From positions 288,001-352,000 of the forward strand of contig CAVOKF010000008.1 of assembly GCA_963696385.1 (NCBI GenBank): a DNA stretch of 64,000 nucleotides. Reading direction: 5' to 3'. The stretch is from an uncultured delta proteobacterium (lineage in GTDB: Bacteria > Myxococcota_A > Polyangia > Polyangiales > Polyangiaceae). A program made the translations under genes and the position numbers. A model generated the notes under the pieces. That model was not told where the DNA came from. It saw only the letters and a program-made list of their open reading frames with translations, and did not search any database. Position 1 is the first letter of the stretch; each line of letters begins with the position of its first letter. This document shows positions 8,801 to 17,796 of the stretch, piece by piece.

Positions 8801-10317
8801 GCATTGCCGAGGCGCTTCTCGATCGCGCCCTTCACGCGACGCGTGACCTGGTCGCGCGCTTCGCACGCACCCACGGCCCATTCACCCCCGACGACGTGGC
8901 GACGCGACTCGGTCTGGACCGCCCGACCGTCGATTCTGCGATCCACACGCTCGAACGCGAAGGGCGAATCGTGCGGGGCCCGTTCTTGCCGGCGGGCCCA
9001 GAACAGCCTTGGTGCGACGCCGACGTTCTCGATGCGGTCCGGCGGAACTCGCTCGCGCGGCTGCGGCGCGCCACAGAACCGGTCGACGCGCGCGCGCTCG
9101 CGCGGTTTTTGCCCGAATGGCAGGGGATTACGAGCAAGCGGCGCGGGCGCGACGCGCTTCTCGCCGTCATCGCCGAGCTCGAGGGGTGCCCGCTCATCGC
9201 CTCAGCGCTGGAGACGGAAATCCTGCCCGCACGCCTGCAGGACTATCGGCCATGGGATCTCGACGCACTGTCGGCGTCGGGCGAAGTGGTGTGGGCCGGA
9301 ATCGAGGCGCTGGGAGCGACCGACGGACGCATCGCCTTTTACCTCGCGAAACGAGAGACCTTGCTCGCCCGCGCGATCGTGCCGGTCGAGGGTGCGATGG
9401 CCAAGGCGCTGCGCGACACTCTGGCGCAACGCGGCGCCGTCTTCTTCTCGGACCTCGCGCGCGCGGTCGGGGGCTTTCCCGGCGAAGTGCTCGAGGTCCT
9501 CTGGCAGATGGTATGGGCCGGGGAAGTCACCAACGACACGATTGAGCCCTTGCGCGCCCGGGCCCTGTCGCCGCGCCGCCATCGCCCGGGCCGCCCCCCA
9601 CGCCCGCCGCTCGCCTCCCGGGGCGGCGAAGGACGGTGGTCGCTTCGCACCTCGCGCTGGTCCTCACGGCCGAGCGACGTGGAGCGCCGAACGGCGCTGG
9701 CGCAGGTGCTGCTCCAACGATACGGAATCGTGACCCGCGAGGTCGCGCGCGCCGAGGCCGTCCTTGGCGGATTCTCGTCGGTGTACCGAGTGCTCAAGAT
9801 TCTCGAAGACCAGGGGCACGTGCGCCGCGGCTACTTCGTGGAAGGGCGCGGCGGGGCCCAATTCGCGTGGCCGGGAGCGGACGAACGCTTGCGGGATCGA
9901 CACGAGGGGCAAGGCGCCTCCCTACCCCTGGTGTTGGCCGCGAGCGATCCCGCCAATGCATGGGGCGCTGTTCTCGATTGGCCTTCCGGCCGGGGCGACG
10001 AGCGCCCGCAGCGAAGCGCCGGAGCGCTCGTCGTGTTGCAAGACGGCGCCTTGCTCGGATGGCTCGGCCGCCGCGACCGCTGCCTGCTCACGTTCATGCC
10101 CGATGACCCCGACCGCCGGTTGGAAGCGGCAGCGGCGCTCGGGGCTGCTCTCGCAGGCTTGGTCGACGGGACGCGCAGGCGAGCGTTGCTCTTGTCGACG
10201 ATCGACGGCGTCGACGCCGCACGAAGCGACGTGGCACGATCGTTGGTCCAAGCCGGGTTCGCTCCGACCGCGAGCGGGTTGGTTCGACGCCGGGCGCGCC
10301 TGCCCGAGGGGCCGTGA
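5875..10317 (+). CDS. lhr: Long-form Lhr ATP-dependent SF2 helicase with C-terminal winged-helix/glycosylase-like region
   Basis: APTGSGKT, DEVH, SAT, HHGSLS, LELGIDMG, QRIGRA, and the Lhr-typical GELDEEMVFE and PFWHGD. Start placed at GTG 5875. Confidence 0.93.
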   Translation: MPAQPLDSFVPPVADWFRAALGAPSDAQVLGWPAIRRGDSTLLLAPTGSGKTLAAFLVAIDRLLRRGAPQSRAGRVSVVYVSPLKALAVDIERNLQTPLSGIADFAARAGIELYRPTVDVRTGDTPGTQRARMRRRPADILITTPESLYLMLTSAARDALEFVETLIIDEVHALVPTKRGAHLMVSVERLAARRPPDAPPLQRIGLSATQRPIDEAARWIGGFENRLARPVTIVDVGARKELDLTVEAIPPAVLGGAPLPPDRIDATRTPPASVWPDLHTRIVNLVRGHRATLVFVNSRRLAERLASAVNDLAGEEIALAHHGSLSRERRTAIEDRLKRGQLRAIVATSSLELGIDMGALDLVVQVEAPPSVASGLQRIGRACHGLGGIPHGVLLPKHRQDLLACAAAAISMRTGQVEDTSYPRNPLDVLAQHIVAMAAMDDASVPDLFDRVRHAAPFADLPRSAFDGVLDMLSGRHFSDDFAELRPRITWDRRRDIVTSRAGAHRIAVTNGGTIPDRGSYGVFAAAPGGDLGARDPGRRVGELDEEMVFELRPGEVFTLGASSWRAERITADRVIVTPAPGEPGKMPFWHGDRPGRARALGLRIGELVRRVADRDLAPSDLRSTHALDAVAADALVGYVRRQVEAGQVPHDRAVVIERFVDEAGDWRIVVLCPLGTAVLTPWTMAIAARLRETYGPVDYHTTNDGFALRVPACDAPPSAERIVPSPVEIEAMVTACLQGTALFAARFRECAARALLLPRRDPTRRTPLWVQRRRAANLLAVASRHPTFPIVLETYRECLRDVFDMPGLVSTLRDIAERRVRVTTVDARGPSPFAASILFSFAATFVTESAAPPAERRAQALTIDFGRLRDLLGDAETERLLDPEVIEDYERGLQRMARPVTSADGIHDMLLAIGDLSVPEITARTAPADRANAWVRDLLNAGRVVTLRVGGQDRLVAAEDAAKFRDGIGIALPDGIAEALLDRALHATRDLVARFARTHGPFTPDDVATRLGLDRPTVDSAIHTLEREGRIVRGPFLPAGPEQPWCDADVLDAVRRNSLARLRRATEPVDARALARFLPEWQGITSKRRGRDALLAVIAELEGCPLIASALETEILPARLQDYRPWDLDALSASGEVVWAGIEALGATDGRIAFYLAKRETLLARAIVPVEGAMAKALRDTLAQRGAVFFSDLARAVGGFPGEVLEVLWQMVWAGEVTNDTIEPLRARALSPRRHRPGRPPRPPLASRGGEGRWSLRTSRWSSRPSDVERRTALAQVLLQRYGIVTREVARAEAVLGGFSSVYRVLKILEDQGHVRRGYFVEGRGGAQFAWPGADERLRDRHEGQGASLPLVLAASDPANAWGAVLDWPSGRGDERPQRSAGALVVLQDGALLGWLGRRDRCLLTFMPDDPDRRLEAAAALGAALAGLVDGTRRRALLLSTIDGVDAARSDVARSLVQAGFAPTASGLVRRRARLPEGP

Positions 10318-10973
10318 TCCGAGCGGCCGGCGGCGGGCCGCCCGAACGCTTGCCGCCGACTGCAGGCGGTGCCAGACTCGGGTCCAGTCGCACGGCCGAT
10401 CGATCCCAATCTCTGCTCGCCGAAATTCAGCGCGAGTTTCCCGACTTCAGGATTGTCCCGAAGCGAGACAGTGCGGTGCAGCGCGCGATCGCGATCGCGC
10501 TCCGCATCGTCACCGTCGGCGGGCAACGGCACTATCTAACGCGCTATCACACCGTGCTCTTCGGGCGACTCTACGTCCCGGACGCGTGGGACGCGATGAG
10601 CGACGACGCGCGCTACGTGCTCTTGCGCCACGAGCGCGTTCACCTTCGGCAGAGCCGGCGCATGGGCCAGGTGACGATGGCGTTCGTTTATCTGTTCCCA
10701 TGGTTGCCCTTGGTCTTATCCTGGGGTCGCGCACGCCTCGAATGGGAGGCGTACGTCGAAACGATTCGGGCTACGGCCGAGATTCACGGAATCGACGCAG
10801 CCCGCGACTTGGAAATAGAAATCGTCCGGCGCTACGTCGGTCCGGACTACGGATGGATGTGGCCCTTTCCGAAATCGATACGTCGCTGGTTTCATCACGT
10901 GATTGCAGAATTGGAGACCGAATTGGAGACCGAATCAGCCTGCGTCGATCGAGATCGGAAAAGGCGATCCTAG
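10314..10973 (+). CDS. Putative zincin-like metalloprotein (HExxH)
   Basis: LLRHERVHLRQ, then a hydrophobic segment, then EWEAY. Overlaps the lhr stop by 4 nt. Confidence 0.65.
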   Translation: MIRAAGGGPPERLPPTAGGARLGSSRTADRSQSLLAEIQREFPDFRIVPKRDSAVQRAIAIALRIVTVGGQRHYLTRYHTVLFGRLYVPDAWDAMSDDARYVLLRHERVHLRQSRRMGQVTMAFVYLFPWLPLVLSWGRARLEWEAYVETIRATAEIHGIDAARDLEIEIVRRYVGPDYGWMWPFPKSIRRWFHHVIAELETELETESACVDRDRKRRS

Positions 10974-12746
10974 ATGGCAGTCGTCGGAATCGACCTCGGA
11001 ACGACGAACACCGTCGTCGCCTCCGTAGGCGGCGGCCGCGTGCAGGTCATCGCCGACGATCACGGGCGACGCCTTCTGCCGAGCGTCGTGTCGTTCCATC
11101 CGAGCGGCGAAGTCCTGGTCGGATACGCCGCAAAGGAACGAATTGCCATCGACGCCAAAAATACCATCGCCAGCGTCAAACGGCTCATTGGACGCGCATG
11201 GGATAGCGACGAGATAAGGCGGTCGCGGCAGCGCTTTGCGTTCGATCTCAAGGAAGGCGGCGGTCAGGGTCCCCTGGTGGTCGCGCGCGGTCACGAATAC
11301 ACGCTTCCGGAGATCAGCGCGTTCGTTCTCAAGCGGGCAAAGCAGGTGGCCGACAGCGCACTCGGCGAGCCCGTCGACCGAGCCGTGATCACCGTTCCGG
11401 CGAATTTCAACGAGCTGCAGCGCGCCGCCACGAAAGTCGCCGGGCGCATCGCGGGGCTCGATGTCCTGCGCATCATCAACGAGCCCACCGCCGCCGCGCT
11501 GGCGTACGGACTCGGGCGGGCGAATCGCGAACGGATCGCGATCTACGACTTCGGCGGCGGCACGTTCGACTGCACGCTCCTTCACCTGTCCGGAAGCGTC
11601 TTCGAAGTCCTGGCGACCGCCGGCGACAGCTTTCTCGGGGGCGACGACATCGATCTCGCGATTGCCGAACGCATGGCCGACGCGTTCGTCCGAGCGCACC
11701 GATACGACGCTCGCGCGCACCCGCAGGCGTTCGAGCGGCTGCGGTCCGCCGCGGAAGGCATCAAGATCGCGCTTTCGACGCAGCCGCAGGCGGTGGCAAA
11801 GCTGCGCGAAATCGCGTTCGGAGTGGGCGGTGCGCAGCTCGACCTCGACTTCACCATGACCCGAGACGAGCTCGACGCCATCGCGGCTCCGCTGGTCGAG
11901 CGCACGTTCATGGTCTGTCAAGAAGCGCTCTCGATGGCGCGGCTCCCCGTCGCGGCGTTCGACAAGGTGATCCTCGTAGGCGGCACGACGCGCGTAAAGC
12001 TCGTACGGCGGCGGGTGGAGCACTTCTTTCGCAGAGATCCGCTCGACCGGGTCAACCCGGAGGAGGTCGTCGCGATGGGAGCGGCCATTCAGGCGGCCGC
12101 GCTCACCGACCTGTCGCGACGCCACAGTGTCCCTCCGCCGCCCGCGACCTCGACCTGGCGAACGCCGCCGCCCGAGGCCGGATTGGACGACGACGACATC
12201 ACGCTCGCGACTTCGGTGCCCGCGCAGATTGCCGCTTTGCATCGGTCGTCACGGCCTCCGGCCGGCGGTTTCGAACCCGTGCGGCCCAGTTCGTCACCGC
12301 CCTCCTCGGGGCCGGGCGGCCTCGTAGGCGCCCCGGTGCTGGTCGACGTGACGCCGCGCGCCCTCGTCGTCGAAACCGTCGGCGGTTGGTGCGATGTCGT
12401 CGTACCCCGCAACGCTAAAATTCCGTGCGAACACTCCAGAGCCTTCGCCACGTCGGCCGACGGGCAAACGGTCGTGCGGGTGCGCGTGGCGCAGGGCGAG
12501 GAGGCGTTCTTTCGCCACAACACGTTTCTGGGCGAGGTCGAGTTGACGGGGCTTCGCGCCGCCGCGCGCGGCGGGGTGACCATCCAGGTGCGCTTCGAGG
12601 TGGACGAAAGCGGGACGTTGCAGGTCTTTGCCACCGATGTAGCCACCGGCCGCGAGGCTCACGCGCTTTTGCAGCTCGTGGGAATCGCCGGAGCACAGAG
12701 CGTGGCCGAGATGCGCGTGCGTCACGCTGCGGTCCAGGTACGTTGA
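10974..12746 (+). CDS. Hsp70/DnaK-family paralogue
   Basis: GIDLGTTN, INEPTAAALAYG, YDFGGGTFD and LVDVTP linker. Has a Pro/Ser insert and no helical lid. Confidence 0.93.
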   Translation: MAVVGIDLGTTNTVVASVGGGRVQVIADDHGRRLLPSVVSFHPSGEVLVGYAAKERIAIDAKNTIASVKRLIGRAWDSDEIRRSRQRFAFDLKEGGGQGPLVVARGHEYTLPEISAFVLKRAKQVADSALGEPVDRAVITVPANFNELQRAATKVAGRIAGLDVLRIINEPTAAALAYGLGRANRERIAIYDFGGGTFDCTLLHLSGSVFEVLATAGDSFLGGDDIDLAIAERMADAFVRAHRYDARAHPQAFERLRSAAEGIKIALSTQPQAVAKLREIAFGVGGAQLDLDFTMTRDELDAIAAPLVERTFMVCQEALSMARLPVAAFDKVILVGGTTRVKLVRRRVEHFFRRDPLDRVNPEEVVAMGAAIQAAALTDLSRRHSVPPPPATSTWRTPPPEAGLDDDDITLATSVPAQIAALHRSSRPPAGGFEPVRPSSSPPSSGPGGLVGAPVLVDVTPRALVVETVGGWCDVVVPRNAKIPCEHSRAFATSADGQTVVRVRVAQGEEAFFRHNTFLGEVELTGLRAAARGGVTIQVRFEVDESGTLQVFATDVATGREAHALLQLVGIAGAQSVAEMRVRHAAVQVR

Positions 12747-12762
12747 CGGGCGGAGACGATCG

Positions 12763-13308
12763 ATGAGCAGCTCCAGCCAATCCAACGAGTACATCCTGGC
12801 ATGGGTCGAATTGCTGGATGATCTCACCTATTACGAACTTTTCGGCATACCCCCCGCCGCCAGCGAGGACGATGTCCGTGCAGCGTTTCACCGGTTCTGC
12901 GACGCATTTCACCCCGACAGGCATTTTGGCCGGCGACAGGAAGAGCGGGCGGCACTGTCGAGGATCTTCAAGCGCGGCACCGAGGCCTGTCTCATCCTCT
13001 CGGACGCGGTGCTTCGCGCTCAATACGACGGACAGCTCGGCACGACCGCGGAAAACCGGCCGCCACGCATGCATCAGGCCCAGCGAACCCGCCCTCCGAG
13101 CCAGGCTTCCGCCTTGCCACGTCTCGAAGAGGCGGCCCGATCGCCCTCGTCTCGCCCCTTCGCCCGCCGCGCCGAGGAGCTCATGCAGATCGGCGACTTT
13201 CGGCAAGCCAAGCTGCAGCTGGTCATGGCCAATCATCTCGACCCGGACAACCGCGTGCTCGAAAGCGCACTCAAGCAAATCGAAGCGCGGTTGGCAGGGC
13301 CCAAGTAG
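12763..13308 (+). CDS. J-domain protein with C-terminal TPR-like helices
   Basis: TYYELFGI...FHPD J-domain motif; adjacent to the Hsp70 gene. Confidence 0.88.
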   Translation: MSSSSQSNEYILAWVELLDDLTYYELFGIPPAASEDDVRAAFHRFCDAFHPDRHFGRRQEERAALSRIFKRGTEACLILSDAVLRAQYDGQLGTTAENRPPRMHQAQRTRPPSQASALPRLEEAARSPSSRPFARRAEELMQIGDFRQAKLQLVMANHLDPDNRVLESALKQIEARLAGPK

Positions 13309-13329
13309 GCGCGCTAGCGTGCGTTTTAC

Positions 13330-14055
13330 ATGACGCGCCAGCGACACCGGCCGGTCGACGTCGTCGCGCAGACGCTGGTGGCCGTGACAGCCATCCTGTT
13401 CGTCTGCGAGATCCTGTTCGTCTTCCTGGTCGCGCCGATCGAAGCTCGAATGGGCATCGTGCAAAAGATCTTCTATTTCCACGTACCCAGCGCTTACGCC
13501 GTCTACATCGGAGCCGCCGCGTGTTTCGGCGGATCGATCGCATACTTGGCGCACCCATCCGACGTCGCGGACGCGATCGCGCGGGCAGGGGCCGAGGCGG
13601 CGGTCGCGTTCGGTGCGATTGTCTTGACGACCGGACCGCTCTGGGGTGCGAAGGCGTGGGGGGCGTTCTGGACATGGGATCCGCGCCTGACCACCGAGCT
13701 TTTGAGCGTTCTCATCTACGTCGCGTACCTGGTGCTCCGCACGTTTGCGGGGGACGGACCGGGCGAGCGCCGGTTCGCCGCAGCGCTCGGCGTCGTCGGC
13801 GCGGCCAATCTACCGATCATCCACTACAGCGTTCAAAAGTGGGGAGGGCAGCACCCGATGGTCATCACCGGCCGGGGGGGCGGACTTCAACATCCAGACA
13901 TGAAGATGGCGATCGCATTAGGGTTTTTGGCATTCACGCTTCTGGCCGTTTTGATCATCTGGATGCGCGCACGGGTGGAAATCGCGTCGAGTCGATTGCG
14001 GCAAGCCGAAGAGGACGCCGTCGATCTCGGCCTGGACACGAGGACGGAAGCATGA
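13330..14055 (+). CDS. ccmC: Cytochrome c biogenesis heme exporter CcmC
   Basis: IFYFHVP, Trp-rich WGAKAWGAFWTWDPRLT and IIHYSV motifs; about 6 TM. Confidence 0.9.
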   Translation: MTRQRHRPVDVVAQTLVAVTAILFVCEILFVFLVAPIEARMGIVQKIFYFHVPSAYAVYIGAAACFGGSIAYLAHPSDVADAIARAGAEAAVAFGAIVLTTGPLWGAKAWGAFWTWDPRLTTELLSVLIYVAYLVLRTFAGDGPGERRFAAALGVVGAANLPIIHYSVQKWGGQHPMVITGRGGGLQHPDMKMAIALGFLAFTLLAVLIIWMRARVEIASSRLRQAEEDAVDLGLDTRTEA

Positions 14056-14315
14056 CGCAACCATCCACGTCGCTGGCGCACGGACCGGAGGACCGCGCGA
14101 CGTCGTTTCAGGCGGTGCAGGGGCCTGCCGAGCCGCACTACAGCGGAGAGGTCCTTCTCGTGACGGCCTACGCCATCGTCTGGGCCGTCGTTCTCCTCTG
14201 GGTGGCGCTCATCTGGCGAAAGCAGAGCGGTCTGAACACCCGGCTGGACGAGCTCGAGCGGGTGATCGACAAGGCCGCCGCGCAAGCCCCGGCCGGCGTT
14301 CGCGACGTCGAATGA
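14052..14315 (+). CDS. ccmD: CcmD-family small membrane protein
   Basis: Overlaps the ccmC stop (ATGA). Single TM AYAIVWAVVLLWV followed by a charged helix. Confidence 0.7.
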   Translation: MTQPSTSLAHGPEDRATSFQAVQGPAEPHYSGEVLLVTAYAIVWAVVLLWVALIWRKQSGLNTRLDELERVIDKAAAQAPAGVRDVE

Positions 14316-14319
14316 ACCG

Positions 14320-14454
14320 ATGAACGCGCCGGGCTCGGAGCACTTCATCTTCATTCCTGGTGTGCTGCTCGTGGGCCTCGTGCTCGGCTACATCATGGGC
14401 ATGCGCGCGGCCAAGTCCGAATTCGAACGCCGCCGCCGACGCGCGCGGCAATGA
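14320..14454 (+). CDS. 44-aa single-pass membrane protein (absent from ORF track)
   Basis: MNAPGSEHFIFIPGVLLVGLVLGYIMGMRAAKSEFERRRRRARQ*; fills the gap after ccmD. Confidence 0.7.
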   Translation: MNAPGSEHFIFIPGVLLVGLVLGYIMGMRAAKSEFERRRRRARQ

Positions 14455-14496
14455 ATGCCATCGGTCGGTGCGACCGCCGAGAAACGAGGCCCTGCC

Positions 14497-15642
14497 ATGT
14501 TCGACTTCGAGCCCAGCGACGAGCAACGCGAGCTCGTCGACACCACGCGACGATTCGTGCGAGAGCGCGTCACCCCGATCGCAGCCGAGTGCGATCGCGA
14601 ATCGCGCTTTCCGAGGGAGGTCTTCGAAGAGGCGTACGCCCTCGGCCTGGTCAATCCCACTTTACCGGCCGAGCACGGGGGCACGGGGCTCGGCGACGTC
14701 GACGACTCGCTCATCACCGAAGAGATCGCCTACGGCTGCACCGGCATCCAAACGAGCTTCACGGCCAACACGCTCGGGATGACGCCGATCAAGCTCGCGG
14801 GGAGCGCGGAGCAAAAGAAAAAGTATCTCGGATGGCTCGCGACCGAGCCGATTCTCGTTTCGTATGCGACGAGCGAGCCCTCGATGGGCAGCGACGTGGC
14901 GGGGATGCAGTGCCGAGCGATCCCGGACGGCGCCGGCGGCTACGTGATCAACGGCACCAAGCAATGGATTACCAATGGCACGCTCGCGAGCTTCTACGTG
15001 GTGTTCGCGACTCAGGATCCGGCGCTGAAACACCGCGGCATCGGCGCGTTCATCGTCGAACGCAGCCAATCCGGGGTGAAGCCCGGCCGTCACGAAGACA
15101 AGCTCGGCCAGCGCGCGAGCGATACGGCCGCGGTCGTGCTCGAAGAGGTCCGCGTCCCCGCGCATCAGGTGCTCGCACCACCGGGTCACGGTTTCAAACT
15201 GGCGATGGAGACGTTCAACCAGACCCGGCCGGCCATCGGCGCGAGCGCGGTCGGCCTCATGCGCCGATGCCTCGACGAGTGCCTCCGCTACGCGCGGGAG
15301 CGAACCGCATTTGGAGTCCCCATCGGCGATCACCAGCTCGTCCAAGCGATGCTCGCCGAGATGAAGATCCGGATCGAGGCGACCAGCCTGTTGGTCCGCA
15401 AGGCCGCGTGGGGCCTCGATCGAGGAATCCGCGACCCGGTCATTTCCTCGTGCGCGAAGGCGTACGGCGCCGATAGCGCGATGCAAACGGCGATCGATGC
15501 GGTCCAGATCTTCGGCGGTTACGGGTACGTGAAGGAATTTCCGGTGGAAAAGCTCATGCGCGATGCCAAAATCCTCCAGATCTACGAGGGCACAGCCCAG
15601 ATTCAGCGGCTGCTCATCGCACGAAACGTTCTCGGACGTTGA
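14497..15642 (+). CDS. Acyl-CoA dehydrogenase
   Basis: TSEPSMGSDVA, NGTKQWITN, KLGQRASDT, FGGYGY and IYEGTAQIQR motifs. Confidence 0.96.
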   Translation: MFDFEPSDEQRELVDTTRRFVRERVTPIAAECDRESRFPREVFEEAYALGLVNPTLPAEHGGTGLGDVDDSLITEEIAYGCTGIQTSFTANTLGMTPIKLAGSAEQKKKYLGWLATEPILVSYATSEPSMGSDVAGMQCRAIPDGAGGYVINGTKQWITNGTLASFYVVFATQDPALKHRGIGAFIVERSQSGVKPGRHEDKLGQRASDTAAVVLEEVRVPAHQVLAPPGHGFKLAMETFNQTRPAIGASAVGLMRRCLDECLRYARERTAFGVPIGDHQLVQAMLAEMKIRIEATSLLVRKAAWGLDRGIRDPVISSCAKAYGADSAMQTAIDAVQIFGGYGYVKEFPVEKLMRDAKILQIYEGTAQIQRLLIARNVLGR

Positions 15643-16145
15643 GTCCGTGGGACCGCGCTCCGTGGCGTGCGAGGCCCGTGCCGTGGGTCGCCCTCGCTTG
15701 CTGGTCGTGCTCGGCAAGCGCCCGCGACGTCGTGCCGGCATCCCGCGACGAGGTCGTCGACGTGTCGATGTCGGCTCGCTCCTCAGGCGGATACGACTAC
15801 ATCGCACGAGGGCCGCTCGCCGTCGTCGCCCTCGCTGAAGCACGCGGTATCGCCGCGGCCGCCGCGCATGCCGCGGTCGATCGACTCGCCAGCGCCCTCG
15901 ACATTTGCGTCCGAAACCGCGGGCGCCAGTCCGACCCGATTCACGGAGCGGCCCGGGTGATCGCCCAAGTGACACCGGACGGCACCGTCGCCGCGACGAG
16001 CCTTCGAATCGATCCCGGGTCCGCACCCGTCGACATCGCCGTGATCTGCCTGCTCGCGCCGACCCGGATGTTGACCTTTGGGCCGACGGATGCGGGTACG
16101 AGGGGCCTCGCGATCGAAGCCATCTGGGGGCCCGTCACACCGTAG
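15639..16145 (+). CDS. Hypothetical exported/lipoprotein
   Basis: Overlaps the ACAD stop; signal-like N-terminus ending in Cys; paired Cys in the C-terminal domain. Confidence 0.55.
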   Translation: MSPWDRAPWRARPVPWVALACWSCSASARDVVPASRDEVVDVSMSARSSGGYDYIARGPLAVVALAEARGIAAAAAHAAVDRLASALDICVRNRGRQSDPIHGAARVIAQVTPDGTVAATSLRIDPGSAPVDIAVICLLAPTRMLTFGPTDAGTRGLAIEAIWGPVTP

Positions 16146-16188
16146 GCCGTTCGCGACTTTCAGGCGACCGGTAGAGCGGCGGGCACCG

Positions 16189-17244
16189 TCAAGCCCTGCC
16201 GACCAGCTGACCGCATGCGGCCCCGACGTCGCCACCGCCGCTGTAGCGCACGTGAGGACGCAGTCCGCTCGCAACGAGGTGCTGGATGAACCGAGCGACG
16301 TCGCCTCGCGCAAACGGATCCTTGTCGACGGCGTCGATGGCGTTGTACGGAATCACACTGACGCGCGGCCTGATCCCCGTCCGATTCTCGAAATCGAGCG
16401 CGAGGGCGGCAAGTGCTCGAGCGTCTTCCTCGGTGTCGTTCACGCCGGCCAGCGGCGTCACCGCCCACATGGGCGCAAGCCCCGTGAACCGGGCGTGATC
16501 CTCGACGGCGTCGATCACGTCTCGGAGCGGATGGGTCCGATCGATAGGCATCAATTTCCGCCGGACTTCTCCGCGTGCGCTCGTGATCGACAGGCCGAGG
16601 CGCACCTTGGGCAGGTCGCGCGCCAGGCGCCGGATGCCGCTCGGAATTCCCGCCGTGCAGACGGTGATGGCTCGGCCGTCGATCGCGAGCGCGCACGGCT
16701 CGGTCATGACATGGATCGCCTCGATCACTCGATCGATATTGGCGAGCGGCTCGCCCATTCCCTGAAAGACCACGCCGTGCACGCGCTGCCCCGGGCCGAG
16801 CGTGCCCCGTAGGATTCTCACCTGCTCGACGATCTCCCAGGTCGCAAGGTTTCTCACCAAGCCGAGCCGTCCCGTGGCGCAGAATGCACAAGCGAGCGCG
16901 CAGCCCGCTTGGGAGCTCACGCAGGCGCTGAAACGCCCGGCCCGCTCGAGCGGAATGCGCACGGCCTCGACCACGTGCCCGTCGGCGGTCCCAAGGGCCA
17001 GTTTGACGAACGGATCGACGGCGCTATGCCGCACCGACCGCACGTCGAGGGCCGGCACCTGTCCTTTCGCCCGCGCCGCATCGACCGCCACCCGGCGAAC
17101 ACCTTGGCAACCGGGCACCACGGTCCAGTGACCGCGATGCACTGATGCTATAATCTTTCGCGCTTCCGCCAGCGCGATTTGCAACGTGTCGGCCAGGACG
17201 TCGGGCGTCACAGCCTGAAGGGCAAGCACGCAGCTGGTTAGCAT
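16189..17244 (-). CDS. RlmN/Cfr-family radical SAM RNA methyltransferase
   Basis: CVSSQAGCALACAFCATG, QGMGEP and DVGAACGQL motifs. Start uncertain. Confidence 0.88.
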   Translation of the reverse strand: MLTSCVLALQAVTPDVLADTLQIALAEARKIIASVHRGHWTVVPGCQGVRRVAVDAARAKGQVPALDVRSVRHSAVDPFVKLALGTADGHVVEAVRIPLERAGRFSACVSSQAGCALACAFCATGRLGLVRNLATWEIVEQVRILRGTLGPGQRVHGVVFQGMGEPLANIDRVIEAIHVMTEPCALAIDGRAITVCTAGIPSGIRRLARDLPKVRLGLSITSARGEVRRKLMPIDRTHPLRDVIDAVEDHARFTGLAPMWAVTPLAGVNDTEEDARALAALALDFENRTGIRPRVSVIPYNAIDAVDKDPFARGDVARFIQHLVASGLRPHVRYSGGGDVGAACGQLVGRA

Positions 17245-17265
17245 GCGACGTGCTAATCTGCTGAC

Positions 17266-17796
17266 GTGTTCGGCCTTAGTTTCGGCGAGATGATCATGGT
17301 GCTCGGAGTCGCCATGGTCGTACTCGGGCCCAAGGAGCTGCCTCGCTACCTCCGACGGGCGGGTCAATTGGCCGGTCGACTGCGCCGACTCGCGGCCGAC
17401 ATGCGCGAAAAAAGCGGGATCGACGAGGTTCTACGAACCGAGGGCATCGACCGCGACATCGCCGAGATCCGCAAGCTCACGCGGGGTGAACTCGCCGGCA
17501 TCGTCACGTCGGTCCGGTCCGTTCCGAACGCCATCCGCTTCACCAATCCGCCGGCAACCCCCTATACCCCGCCGCCGGCCCCTCCCCCTCCCCAGCTCGC
17601 GGCCCCCATCGACCGTCAACGCGAGTACCCGATCGAAGGCGCCGACTCGTACGGAGCGCTCCCGGACACGGCGCCCGGGTACGCCGGTTCGATCGTTGCC
17701 GCGCCGACCCCCACCCCCAGTACCCCGGCTCCGATCGCGATCCCCGAACCAGAGGGCACTGCCCCTCCTGCAGGCGCCTCCGAGGTACCCTCGTGA
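17266..17796 (+). CDS. tatB: Twin-arginine translocase TatB
   Basis: MFGLSFGE...VLGPKELP, amphipathic helix and Pro-rich tail; directly upstream of tatC. Confidence 0.88.
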   Translation: MFGLSFGEMIMVLGVAMVVLGPKELPRYLRRAGQLAGRLRRLAADMREKSGIDEVLRTEGIDRDIAEIRKLTRGELAGIVTSVRSVPNAIRFTNPPATPYTPPPAPPPPQLAAPIDRQREYPIEGADSYGALPDTAPGYAGSIVAAPTPTPSTPAPIAIPEPEGTAPPAGASEVPS

